DNA from: Clostridiales bacterium
Lineage (GTDB): Bacteria; Bacillota; Clostridia; Christensenellales; Aristaeellaceae
Length of the DNA stretch: 64,000 bases
Direction: 5' to 3'
NCBI GenBank assembly: GCA_012520375.1
Contig: JAAYOH010000037.1
Location: forward strand, 52,413-116,412
Position numbers and translations under genes: made by a program. Numbering within the stretch: position 1 is the first letter of the stretch; the number at the start of each line of letters is the position of its first letter. Positions 19,552 to 28,053 of this stretch are shown one piece after another. Under the pieces are notes generated by a model. The model was not told where the DNA came from. It did not search any database and saw nothing but the letters and a program-made list of their open reading frames with translations.

Positions 19552-20997
19552 ATGGACCTCATGACCGTGATATCCCATCCCCAGGTCCTCCTGGTGCTGG
19601 CGATGCTGCTGATCCTGCTGGCCCTCATCGCCATCTGGCTGCTGCTTCGGCGTACGAATATCCAGGAGAAGGCTCTGGAAAACCGGTTGAACGATGTGGA
19701 GCAGGCCCTGACCAACCAGTTGCAACAGTCCCGGGACCGCTACGGCGAAGAAGCGGGCAGGGATCGGGAAGCCCTGAGCAGCAACCTGAAGGGCGTGGGG
19801 GATTCGGTGGCCCGGGTCATGGGAGAGATGGTTCGCACCCAGCAGACCCAGATGGACGCCTTTGCCCTGAGGCTGCAGGAAATGGCCCGCACCGATGAAG
19901 AGCGCATGGGCGCCATGCGCAGCACGGTGGAAGAGCGGTTGGGCGCCTATGAAGAGCGTATGGACCGGCTTGGCGGTATCCTGGACAGCAAGCTCCAGCA
20001 GAACGAACTGCGGCTGGAGAGCATGCGCCAGGCCCTGGAGGGGCAGATCCGGGGGCTCCAGGAGAACAGCCGCAGCCAGATCGAACGGATCCGTTCCAGC
20101 ATGGACGAGCACCTGAACAGCTCCCTGGACAAGCAGTTGGGGGAGAGCTTCCAAACGGTCAGCGAGCGGCTGGAATTGGTGTACAAAGAACTGGGGGCGA
20201 TGCACAATCTGGCGGCCGGGATGGGGGACCTGAAAAAGGTGCTCACCGGGGTCAAATCCCGGGGCATGTTGGGGGAGATCCAGTTGTCTTCCCTGCTTGG
20301 CCAGTTGCTGACCCCGGAGCAGTATGGGAAGGACGTGGTCCTGCGCAAAGGGTGCAAGAAGGTAGACTATGCCCTGAAGCTCCCGGGCAGGGAAAACGAG
20401 AAGCTATCCTATCTGCCCGTCGATGCGGGTTCCCCCCACGAAGCCTATTACAAACTGCTGGAAGCCCAGGATACGGGCAGCGCCCTCTGCATTGAAAAAG
20501 CGGAGGCGGAGTTCCGGAAAGAGATGTTGAAGGCGGCCCAACGGGCCCGCGACAACTTCATCCATCCGCCGGTGACCACGGATTTTGCGGTGATCTTCCT
20601 GGGCACCGAGGGGATGTATGCCGAAGCGCTGCGGCAGGACGACATGGTGCAGCGGCTATTGCGGGAGTATCAGGTGATGCTCACAGGGCCCAGTACCCTG
20701 GCGGCCCTGCTGAACAGCCTGCAGATGGGCTTCCATACCCTGGCCATCGAGCGGCACAGCCGGCAGGTGTGGGAGCTATTGGGGGCGGTGCGGGGCGAGT
20801 TCGGCAACTTTGCGGAAGCCCTGACCAGGACCCAGAAGAGGATCCGCCAGGCCGGCGAATCCATCGAGAGCGCCGCTCGCAAGTCGAAGGTCATCCAGCA
20901 GCGCCTGAAGGGCGTGGAAAAGCTGGGGGACAGCAAACGCGCCGCCCTGTTCCCGGATGGCGAAGGGGAACAGACGGAGGAGATCGACTGGTTTTAA
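19552..20997 (+). CDS. rmuC: DNA recombination protein RmuC
   Basis: The ATG at 19552 lies within ORF 19402-20997. N-terminal TM helix, long coiled coil and a C-terminal RmuC nuclease-like domain (FVIMFLPTE-like FAVIFLGTEGMYAEAL). Confidence 0.85.
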   Translation: MDLMTVISHPQVLLVLAMLLILLALIAIWLLLRRTNIQEKALENRLNDVEQALTNQLQQSRDRYGEEAGRDREALSSNLKGVGDSVARVMGEMVRTQQTQMDAFALRLQEMARTDEERMGAMRSTVEERLGAYEERMDRLGGILDSKLQQNELRLESMRQALEGQIRGLQENSRSQIERIRSSMDEHLNSSLDKQLGESFQTVSERLELVYKELGAMHNLAAGMGDLKKVLTGVKSRGMLGEIQLSSLLGQLLTPEQYGKDVVLRKGCKKVDYALKLPGRENEKLSYLPVDAGSPHEAYYKLLEAQDTGSALCIEKAEAEFRKEMLKAAQRARDNFIHPPVTTDFAVIFLGTEGMYAEALRQDDMVQRLLREYQVMLTGPSTLAALLNSLQMGFHTLAIERHSRQVWELLGAVRGEFGNFAEALTRTQKRIRQAGESIESAARKSKVIQQRLKGVEKLGDSKRAALFPDGEGEQTEEIDWF

Positions 20998-21428
20998 CGG
21001 GGGCAGCACTTGCCGCCGCAGCCGCCGCAGGCGTCGATGGAGGACGGGGTGGCCCGCATGGCGGAGGCTCCCTCCGCCGCGAAGCCGTATCGGGCGAAGA
21101 AGGGATGCAATTCCCGAGGCGCGTCGATGACGATGGCGGGGGCGTTCAGGTCCAGGGCGCGTTGCAGCAGCATGCGCAGGATCAGGTCGCCCAATCCCTG
21201 CCGGCGCTTTTCCGGGAGGACCCCCACAAGATCCATGCGGAAATGGTCGTCCCCGTCGATATACAGCCTGCCCGCGCCCGCCGGTTCTCCCGCCTGGTCC
21301 ATGGCCAGGGCGTACACCGCCATCCGGTCGCTTTCATCCGCGCCCAGGTCGAACACCTGCCGGCGCAGGGCCAGGACGGCGCCCAGGTCGTCCATGCTGC
21401 TCAAATACCTTCCCCGGATCATATACAT
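20994..21428 (-). CDS. GNAT family N-acetyltransferase with a Cys-rich C-terminal tail
   Basis: Acetyl-CoA motif RRQGLGDLILRMLL. The tail reads IDACGGCGGKCCPR. Start taken at MYMIRGR. Confidence 0.7.
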   Translation of the reverse strand: MYMIRGRYLSSMDDLGAVLALRRQVFDLGADESDRMAVYALAMDQAGEPAGAGRLYIDGDDHFRMDLVGVLPEKRRQGLGDLILRMLLQRALDLNAPAIVIDAPRELHPFFARYGFAAEGASAMRATPSSIDACGGCGGKCCPR

Positions 21429-21461
21429 CAACCTTTCATGGTGTTTATCAGGAGGCACACG

Positions 21462-21686
21462 ATGGAGCGATATCTTCCCCGCATCAACGAGCTGGCCCGG
21501 CTGGCCAAAGAGCGGGAGCTAAACGAGGAGGAGACCCGGGAGCGGGCCCGGTTGCGGGCCGCTTACCTGAAGGCCTTTCGAGAGAGTTTCCGGGCCCAGC
21601 TGGACAACACCCTGGTGGAGTATCCCGACGGGAGCCGCAAGCCCCTGAAGGATGCCGGAAAGCATGGAATCAATTGTACAGGGTAA
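21462..21686 (+). CDS. DUF896 (YnzC/UPF0291) family protein
   Basis: 74 aa, MERYLPRINELARLAKERELNEEE..., with RBS AGGAGG. Only the tail of ORF 20769-21686 is real. Confidence 0.65.
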   Translation: MERYLPRINELARLAKERELNEEETRERARLRAAYLKAFRESFRAQLDNTLVEYPDGSRKPLKDAGKHGINCTG

Positions 21687-21782
21687 TTCTTAATTTGCTG
21701 TTGCTTTTTTGAAGCCTGTTGGGTATAATATGTGTGCGAGGTAGTTCGCAAACCATACTCCACAAAAGGGGGCGTCGTTCCA

Positions 21783-22139
21783 ATGGATGCAGAACTGGAT
21801 CTGGTAACTTTCGTGGATGATGACGGCAACGAGGTAACCATGGAGATCATCAGGGATTTCTTCTATGAAGGTGAGCAGTATGCTATTCTCGTAGAGTACA
21901 AAGAGATGTGCGACTGCGAGGAGGACATGTGCGAGCACTACGAAGAGGACTGCGATGAGCAGGAGGAAGCCTACATCATGCGCGTGGTGCCCGTTGGGGA
22001 TGACGAGGAAGAGTTTATCCCGGTGGAGGATGAGGAGCTGTTCGACAGGCTGATCGATTTTGTGCAAAACGAATTGGATGCCGACGAGGACGAGGAAGAA
22101 TACGACGACGAATACGACGAAGACGACGAGGACGAATAA
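21783..22139 (+). CDS. DUF1292 family protein with an acidic tail
   Basis: MDAELDLVTFVDDDGNEVTMEIIRDFFYEGEQYAILV matches the DUF1292 pattern. The C-terminal tail is a poly-D/E run. Confidence 0.65.
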   Translation: MDAELDLVTFVDDDGNEVTMEIIRDFFYEGEQYAILVEYKEMCDCEEDMCEHYEEDCDEQEEAYIMRVVPVGDDEEEFIPVEDEELFDRLIDFVQNELDADEDEEEYDDEYDEDDEDE

Positions 22140-22222
22140 GCGCCTTTTGAAGCACAGAAAAAAACGGAGTTGTCACGTGGTGGTGGCTCCGTTTTTTACG
22201 ATTTGATGGAAGGGCGGATGAT

Positions 22223-24184
22223 GTGAAGGGTTGGCAGCGGCTGTTCCTGGCGGCAGGGCTCCTCTGGGTCCTGCTGTGCCTGTCTGCCCTGGCCGGTACA
22301 GGGGACGTTTTCATGAACGACCGCTTTACCGTGCCCGGAGACGGGGTGGAGCGGGTCTACACCTTTACCCCCACCGCCAACAACCTGTACACGATCCGCT
22401 CCTTCGGAGAGGGGAGCGCCCAAGCCGAACTGTATCTTATGGGGGAAGCGGAGCCCGTAGCCGCGGCGGAGGGCTTTTCCATGGAGGTTCGCCTGATCGC
22501 GGACGCCACCTACCGGCTGCGGGTAAGGGCCCGGGGCGGGGACGTGGAGGTGGAGATGATGCGCAGCGCCCTGGGCCGCTCCATCGATCGGCCCCTGGTG
22601 TTGAAGGATCTGAAGGGCTACGACAAGGTGATCGCCCGGGCTTACGACACCCACTGGTACAGCTTCACCGCCCCCGAGAGCGGCCTGTACACCATCCGCA
22701 GCCAGTCCGCCATCAATACGGTGGGCTATCTGCTGGACCAAGCGGGGAACAAGCTGGCCATGTCTGACAACCTGTACAGCCCCTACTGCCTGGACTTTCG
22801 CATCGTCCACCGCCTGGAAAAAGGCCGGACCTACATCCTCCGGGTCAGCGGCCGCGGCGGCACCACGGGGCGCTATCGGCTGATCATCTCCTCCCCCGAA
22901 GCGGGGCAGCCCCTGGCTGCGGAGATCGTCCCCGACAGGGCAGATCTGATCCTGACGGAGGGGGAGAGCGCAAAACTGTCTTTTGTCCTGAAACCCGAGG
23001 GAGCCTTCGGAGATGTGGTGTGGCTGAGTACCGACGACCGGGTGGCCGCCGTGGACCAGGAGGGAAAGGTGACCGCCCTCTCTTCGGGCACGGCCCGGAT
23101 CATCATGAGCGGGCTGAACGGGGTACAGGGGGTCTCTTCCCTCACGGTGGAGCCCGTGCCCGTCGCCGGCATCCAGGTGGAAAAGGAGGCATACAGCCTG
23201 TATCCGGGGGATACCCTGACCATCCCCTGGAAACCGGTCCCCGAGAACGCCTCCGACCGGCGGGTACAGCTTGAAAGCAGCGACGAGGCAGTGGTCCAAG
23301 TGGAGCAGGGGGACCTGCTGGTGGCCGTGGGGCAGGGGGAATGCACCGTTACCCTGCGCACGTTGGACGGGGGCTTTACCCAAGCGGTGCAGATCACGGT
23401 GCTGGCTCCCAAGAGCCGGTACCGGGCGCTGATCCTGGGCATCCAGCGCTTTGAGGACGGCCAGTTCCGGCTGGGCGCCGTCAACACCACCCAGGGGGTC
23501 TTCGACCTTTTTTCCCGGCAGGACTACGACGGCCTGAAAGCCGAGGTGAAGATGGAACTGGACGTTACCCGTTCCCGGGCCATCGCCGCCATCCGGGAGG
23601 CCTTCAGGCGGGCGGATGCCGGGGACGTGTCCATCCTGTACCTGAACAGCCACGGCGGCGTGAGCGACCGGAACGCCTGGGTGAAGTTTGCCGACGGGGA
23701 AAAGATCACCGCGGCCCAGCTGGAAAAGGAGCTGCGAAAGATCCCGGGCCGGGTGGTGGTGCTGTTGGACTGCTGCCAGAGCGGCTCGTTCCTGTCCACC
23801 CGGGCACGGCGAGGCTTTGGCGGGCGCTTTGTGCAGGCCTTCGCTTCGGGCAGCGCCGGGCGGCTGATTTCCAGCAAGTACTGCATCCTCACCTCCACCA
23901 GCGCCCTGCAGGACAGCTACCGGCTCCTCCCGGTTTCCGATGCCGCAGAGGGCAGCAGTTCCACTGCCTTTGCCCGCAGCCTGTGCGAGGCGGGGGGGTG
24001 GGACTTGATCGGGGATAAGGGCACCCGGCACCGGGCCGACTTGGACCAGGACCGCCGGGTCAGCCTTTGGGAGGCCTACCTGTACACGCACAGCCGGGTC
24101 CGCCGTTTTCTGAGGGGACAGAAAGCGGATCAGGACGTGCAGCTGTGGCCGAAAGGGTGCGGGATCACGCTGTTTGCGCACTGA
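22223..24184 (+). CDS. secreted multidomain clan-CD (caspase/legumain-like) cysteine peptidase
   Basis: GTG start and a signal peptide. Two pre-peptidase-C-terminal-like repeats (LYTIRS...RL.V..RGG), two Big_2-like Ig domains and a C-terminal domain with a His/Cys dyad context (ILYLNSHGG ... VVLLDCCQSGSF). Confidence 0.6.
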   Translation: MKGWQRLFLAAGLLWVLLCLSALAGTGDVFMNDRFTVPGDGVERVYTFTPTANNLYTIRSFGEGSAQAELYLMGEAEPVAAAEGFSMEVRLIADATYRLRVRARGGDVEVEMMRSALGRSIDRPLVLKDLKGYDKVIARAYDTHWYSFTAPESGLYTIRSQSAINTVGYLLDQAGNKLAMSDNLYSPYCLDFRIVHRLEKGRTYILRVSGRGGTTGRYRLIISSPEAGQPLAAEIVPDRADLILTEGESAKLSFVLKPEGAFGDVVWLSTDDRVAAVDQEGKVTALSSGTARIIMSGLNGVQGVSSLTVEPVPVAGIQVEKEAYSLYPGDTLTIPWKPVPENASDRRVQLESSDEAVVQVEQGDLLVAVGQGECTVTLRTLDGGFTQAVQITVLAPKSRYRALILGIQRFEDGQFRLGAVNTTQGVFDLFSRQDYDGLKAEVKMELDVTRSRAIAAIREAFRRADAGDVSILYLNSHGGVSDRNAWVKFADGEKITAAQLEKELRKIPGRVVVLLDCCQSGSFLSTRARRGFGGRFVQAFASGSAGRLISSKYCILTSTSALQDSYRLLPVSDAAEGSSSTAFARSLCEAGGWDLIGDKGTRHRADLDQDRRVSLWEAYLYTHSRVRRFLRGQKADQDVQLWPKGCGITLFAH

Positions 24185-24226
24185 GTGATGACGCAGGGGG
24201 AGACAGGCCCGGGGAAGAAGCCGGGG

Positions 24227-24859
24227 TCAAAGCTTTTTGATCGGATACCTGATAACGGTTTTCTGTTTCCCGGCGGCAACTTTTCTCGGATCAGACAAAT
24301 AAATCTCATGGTGCAGCCTGTTTTCGTTTATGTCCTTCGCGTATCCGTTTTCTTCCAAAAATGCATCCATGATGGCAACGGAGGCCGGCTCGTTATCATA
24401 TGGACCGATATGCATCATTTGGACACACAAGCCCTCATCGATCGTCAGATACTCCGCCGATGAACAGTCGATTTTCTTCTTCCTGGTTGCCGTTTCCACT
24501 GCCCACTTGAAATCATCCTCCGTTACGAAATCAGGGAGCCTGATCACGGAGATCCATTGAAACGTGGACTTGTCAGAATGATCCACGCCAACGACATTTT
24601 CTTGCCACCAGAACCCCTCGAGCGGCGGGACGACGTATTCAAAAAAACCTTCGATCTTATGATCGGTTTTGTAACTCATTTTCAGCGTGTATGCGACTGC
24701 GTATAATATACCGATGGCTTGCCGATACGCTCCGCCCTCTTCGTTCGGATCGCCTTTTCCGCGAACCGCAATGTAATTTGCCTTGGGAACATCCACGATT
24801 TGCGGCTTGCTCTTTGGCATATAGTATTCTTTGTATTCCCGCTTGAAATCAAACGCCAT
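24227..24859 (-). CDS. GyrI-like small-molecule-binding domain protein
   Basis: Start ATG 24859 after GGGGGGAAG. The pattern MAFDFKREYKEYY.PK.KP..V.VP...YI...G.GDP is typical of GyrI-like/YdeE-type proteins. Confidence 0.65.
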   Translation of the reverse strand: MAFDFKREYKEYYMPKSKPQIVDVPKANYIAVRGKGDPNEEGGAYRQAIGILYAVAYTLKMSYKTDHKIEGFFEYVVPPLEGFWWQENVVGVDHSDKSTFQWISVIRLPDFVTEDDFKWAVETATRKKKIDCSSAEYLTIDEGLCVQMMHIGPYDNEPASVAIMDAFLEENGYAKDINENRLHHEIYLSDPRKVAAGKQKTVIRYPIKKL

Positions 24860-24947
24860 GCACTTCCCCCCTTGATTCAATTCTCATATTGTTATCACTC
24901 ACAGCCCTTTCGATGCCGCCCTTGCATGGATGCGCTTCCGGCGGTCG

Positions 24948-25745
24948 TTAAAGGGGGAGCGTGAGCGCCTGCCCACAGGAGAGATAGTGCAGCCGGTCGC
25001 CCATCAGGGTCTTCAGATACTCATACTGGGGCACGCCGGTGCAGTGGCAGGTGTAATAGACCGCGGGGTATGACAGCAGTGCGTCGGCCCTTTGGGAGAG
25101 GATCTCCCGGCCTTCCTCATCGGGATCGATGTTCATAAAGTGGAAGCCGCCGATCAGGACGTCCGGCCGGAACCAGTCCATGATGTTCAGGATGCCCTTG
25201 TGGGAGCATCCGCTGATGAGGATCCGCCGCCCGCACTCCCGGATCAACAGGTACTGCTCGTGGCGGAAATCGTCCTGCGCCATTTTACCCTCCACCAGCA
25301 TGGTGAGCCCGCCGCTGTCCGAGGGATAGGGGCGGGGGAGGTCGTTGCAGCTGTGAAGGGAAAGCGTTTCGTCAATGGTAAGACGATCTTCCACGAAAGT
25401 GAAGCGGGGGTTCAGGGCAAGGACCGGGTCCAGGCCGATATACCGGTCGTCACCGGCGTAATGGGGCTCGAAAGCGTGGGCGCTGGCGTAGATCGGGGCC
25501 GTATCGTTCAATTCCAGGAAGCGGGCCAGGCCGCCGCCATGGTCGTAGTGCCCATGGGAGAGGAAGGCCATGTCCACGGCCTCAAGGTCGATTCCCAGGG
25601 CCAGGGCGTTCCGGGCGAACAGGTCGGTCTGGCCCATATCAAACAGCAGTTTCTGCGCTCCTGTTTCGATGTACAGGCTCAGGCCGTGCTCCGTCATCAT
25701 GTCGGGCCGGCTCGCGGTGTTTTCCAGCAGGACTGTGACCTGCAT
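24948..25745 (-). CDS. MBL-fold metallo-hydrolase
   Basis: Start ATG 25745 (MQVTVLLEN...) with the HGHYDHGGG motif. Confidence 0.7.
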   Translation of the reverse strand: MQVTVLLENTASRPDMMTEHGLSLYIETGAQKLLFDMGQTDLFARNALALGIDLEAVDMAFLSHGHYDHGGGLARFLELNDTAPIYASAHAFEPHYAGDDRYIGLDPVLALNPRFTFVEDRLTIDETLSLHSCNDLPRPYPSDSGGLTMLVEGKMAQDDFRHEQYLLIRECGRRILISGCSHKGILNIMDWFRPDVLIGGFHFMNIDPDEEGREILSQRADALLSYPAVYYTCHCTGVPQYEYLKTLMGDRLHYLSCGQALTLPL

Positions 25746-25904
25746 ACGGATCCCTTCTTTCCGTTGTTTCGTAGGACAGGGGAAACCTGCGCCCCTGCAC
25801 AGCTTGAGTATAGTGCAGGGGCGGCCGTATGTCAAGGGACGGATGGATGGATCTTGGACGATATTGGATACCGGGAGAGACCGGGGAGGGCGGCGGGGAA
25901 ATGG

Positions 25905-26747
25905 TCAGGATCTCCCGAAGATGCAGCCGGACTTGATGGCCTTTGTGGGGCATATGCTTTTGCACAGGCCGCAGCGGATGCATTCGGCGGAGTTGATGTT
26001 CTTTGTAACCTGGACCCCCATCTTGCAGGCGCGCTCACAGGCGCCGCAATGGACGCAGGCCTTTTCGTCCACCTTCATCTGGTACACGCTGAAGCGGTTG
26101 AGCAGGCCGTAGACGGCGCCCAGGGGGCACAGGTATTTGCAGAAGGGGCGGTAGAGCAGGACGGAACCCGCCAGCACCAGCAGGAGGATGCCCATTTTCC
26201 AGGAGAACAGGAAGCCTATGGCAGCCCGCAGCCCTTCGTTGCCCAGGATCAGGGGGATCCCCCCCAGCAGGGTGCCCGCAGGGCACAGGTATTTGCAGAA
26301 ATACGGCGCGCCCAGCCCAAATGCATCGGTGACAAGGGCGGGGAGGATCAACACGGCCGCCAGGGCCAGGTATTTTCCCCAGCGAAGGCCCTGGTCCAGC
26401 CTGCGGGGCAGCCTGGGTTTGGGGGAGCGGATCTTGTGCAGCAGGTCCTGCAACAAGCCAAAGGGACACAGGAAGCCGCAGATGAGCCGCCCGAACAGCA
26501 CCCCCAGGAGCAGGATCGTCCCCGACACATAGTATGATACGTTCTTCGTCCGGCCGCCGATGACCGCCTGCAGGGAGCCGATGGGGCAGGCTCCCGCTGC
26601 GCCGGGGCAGGAATAACAGTTCAGCCCCGGCACGCACAGGTGCTTTGTCGCGCCCTGATGGATCCGGCCGCCGAAAAAATTGGGGATGTGGGGATTATGC
26701 AGCAGCGCAGAGATCGCCTGGATCAGATGTCTTTTCCACTCTTTCAT
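25905..26747 (-). CDS. polytopic membrane 4Fe-4S binding protein (NapH/MauN-like)
   Basis: Start ATG 26747. Motifs: CYSCPGAAGACPIG, several TM helices with CP.G, and a C-terminal 2x[4Fe-4S] ferredoxin pattern CVHCGACERAC ... CIRCGLCKSICP. Confidence 0.7.
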   Translation of the reverse strand: MKEWKRHLIQAISALLHNPHIPNFFGGRIHQGATKHLCVPGLNCYSCPGAAGACPIGSLQAVIGGRTKNVSYYVSGTILLLGVLFGRLICGFLCPFGLLQDLLHKIRSPKPRLPRRLDQGLRWGKYLALAAVLILPALVTDAFGLGAPYFCKYLCPAGTLLGGIPLILGNEGLRAAIGFLFSWKMGILLLVLAGSVLLYRPFCKYLCPLGAVYGLLNRFSVYQMKVDEKACVHCGACERACKMGVQVTKNINSAECIRCGLCKSICPTKAIKSGCIFGRS

Positions 26748-26905
26748 CAGCCCACCCCTATGCACTCCAGGCAGATGGTGACGGCCTTCCGGAAGACCTC
26801 CCCCGCCTCTCCGATATAGATGCCATACAGGATGAGCCCCACAGCCGCCGCAAGGATCAGGGCGGATAGGAGGGCTCGCACCTTATGGAAACGGTTGCCG
26901 CTCAT
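26747..26905 (-). CDS. small membrane CXXC protein (CD1871A-like); absent from the ORF track because it is under 60 aa
   Basis: Hand translation: MSGNRFHKVRALLSALILAAAVGLILYGIYIGEAGEVFRKAVTICLECIGVG. RBS GGGGAGG 8 nt upstream. Its TGA shares one base with the ATG of the 4Fe-4S gene. Confidence 0.6.
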   Translation of the reverse strand: MSGNRFHKVRALLSALILAAAVGLILYGIYIGEAGEVFRKAVTICLECIGVG

Positions 26906-26928
26906 GTGCAAAGCCTCCCCATATCTGT

Positions 26929-27462
26929 TTACTCTTTTACCTGTTCCAACAGTTCGTCGATGATGGCAGCCCAGGCTTCACCGCTCCGGGAACCGATATA
27001 GGAGTCGCCCACCTGCCGGCCCTGGCTGTCTACGAAGAGGGTCTCCGGGACGGCGCTGACCTGGCCCAGTTTGGCGGCGATCAGGTCTGCGCTGGGCAAA
27101 AGGTGGAGATAGTCGGCGCCGGTGAGCTCGACCAGCTCCTGGACCATAGCTACCATGGCGGGATCGAAACTTCCGTCAGCTTTCGGGGGCACGTCGGCGA
27201 CGATGCCCACGATGGCCACGCCCTTCTCCGCGTACGCCGCAGCCAATTCTCCCAGGTCGGGCATTTCGTTCAGGCAGGGCCCGCAGAAGGTGGCCCAGAT
27301 GTTGATCATGGTCAGGTCGTAGTCGGCGAAAATGCTCTGGTCCACCTCGTTCCCCTCCAGATCGGGGGCGGTAAAGGCGGTGAAGCCGGCCTCCGCCAGG
27401 GCGCCCTGACTCAGGACAAGGACCAGGGACAGGGCCAACAACAAGATCGTCTTTTTCATCAT
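26929..27462 (-). CDS. TlpA-family thiol:disulfide oxidoreductase (secreted thioredoxin-like)
   Basis: Start ATG 27462 after AAAAGGAG. Signal peptide MMKKTILLLALSLVLVLSQGALA and active site WATFCGPC. Confidence 0.8.
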   Translation of the reverse strand: MMKKTILLLALSLVLVLSQGALAEAGFTAFTAPDLEGNEVDQSIFADYDLTMINIWATFCGPCLNEMPDLGELAAAYAEKGVAIVGIVADVPPKADGSFDPAMVAMVQELVELTGADYLHLLPSADLIAAKLGQVSAVPETLFVDSQGRQVGDSYIGSRSGEAWAAIIDELLEQVKE

Positions 27463-27648
27463 TGCACACTCCTTTTCTCTTTTCTCGGGAAGCGTCCCGT
27501 TTTCGCGGCAGTTGCCGCGGGCCGGGCAGTCCTTTCCTTGGTCATGTCGTGGTTCCGGTTCGCTCCCCTTCGACATCCCCATTATACAGGGGGTCGGCAC
27601 GATACACAGTGACAAGGTCACGGAGGCGGAGGGCATAGGATGTTGAAC

Positions 27649-28047
27649 TTACTCATGCAGAAATATTTTGATGCCGATTTTTATCCATTTGCCCGACGCC
27701 TTCTTGGTCGCTATCCGACCGAAAAGCAGCTTTCCCGCGTCCATGAGGCGGGAGAAAATGGCATTGTCGGCCCGCGGCACGTAGCCGATTTTTACGCCGT
27801 CGGCGTTTTTGATGACGATGGCTTTTCGGTCATAGGGATTGTCCGGCTCGCGATAGAAATCCAATTTGTCGCCGATGGCAAGGTGCGGTTCCAGGTCTTC
27901 GATCCCTTCGATGTGGCTGGTCCCGGCGACGTATGTGCTGAAAAGGAAAATATCCCTCTCAAACGGTTTCGGGATCTCCGATCCGCCGCCCTTCCCGTGA
28001 AAAAGGCCCACCAGGCTGCCGCTGTCGTTTTTGATCAATTCATCCAT
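27649..28047 (-). CDS. HIRAN domain protein
   Basis: 132 aa. VAGTSH...LAIGDKLDFYREPDNPYDRKAIVIKNADGVKIGYVPR matches the HIRAN consensus. Confidence 0.8.
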   Translation of the reverse strand: MDELIKNDSGSLVGLFHGKGGGSEIPKPFERDIFLFSTYVAGTSHIEGIEDLEPHLAIGDKLDFYREPDNPYDRKAIVIKNADGVKIGYVPRADNAIFSRLMDAGKLLFGRIATKKASGKWIKIGIKIFLHE

Positions 28048-28053
28048 ATTCCC

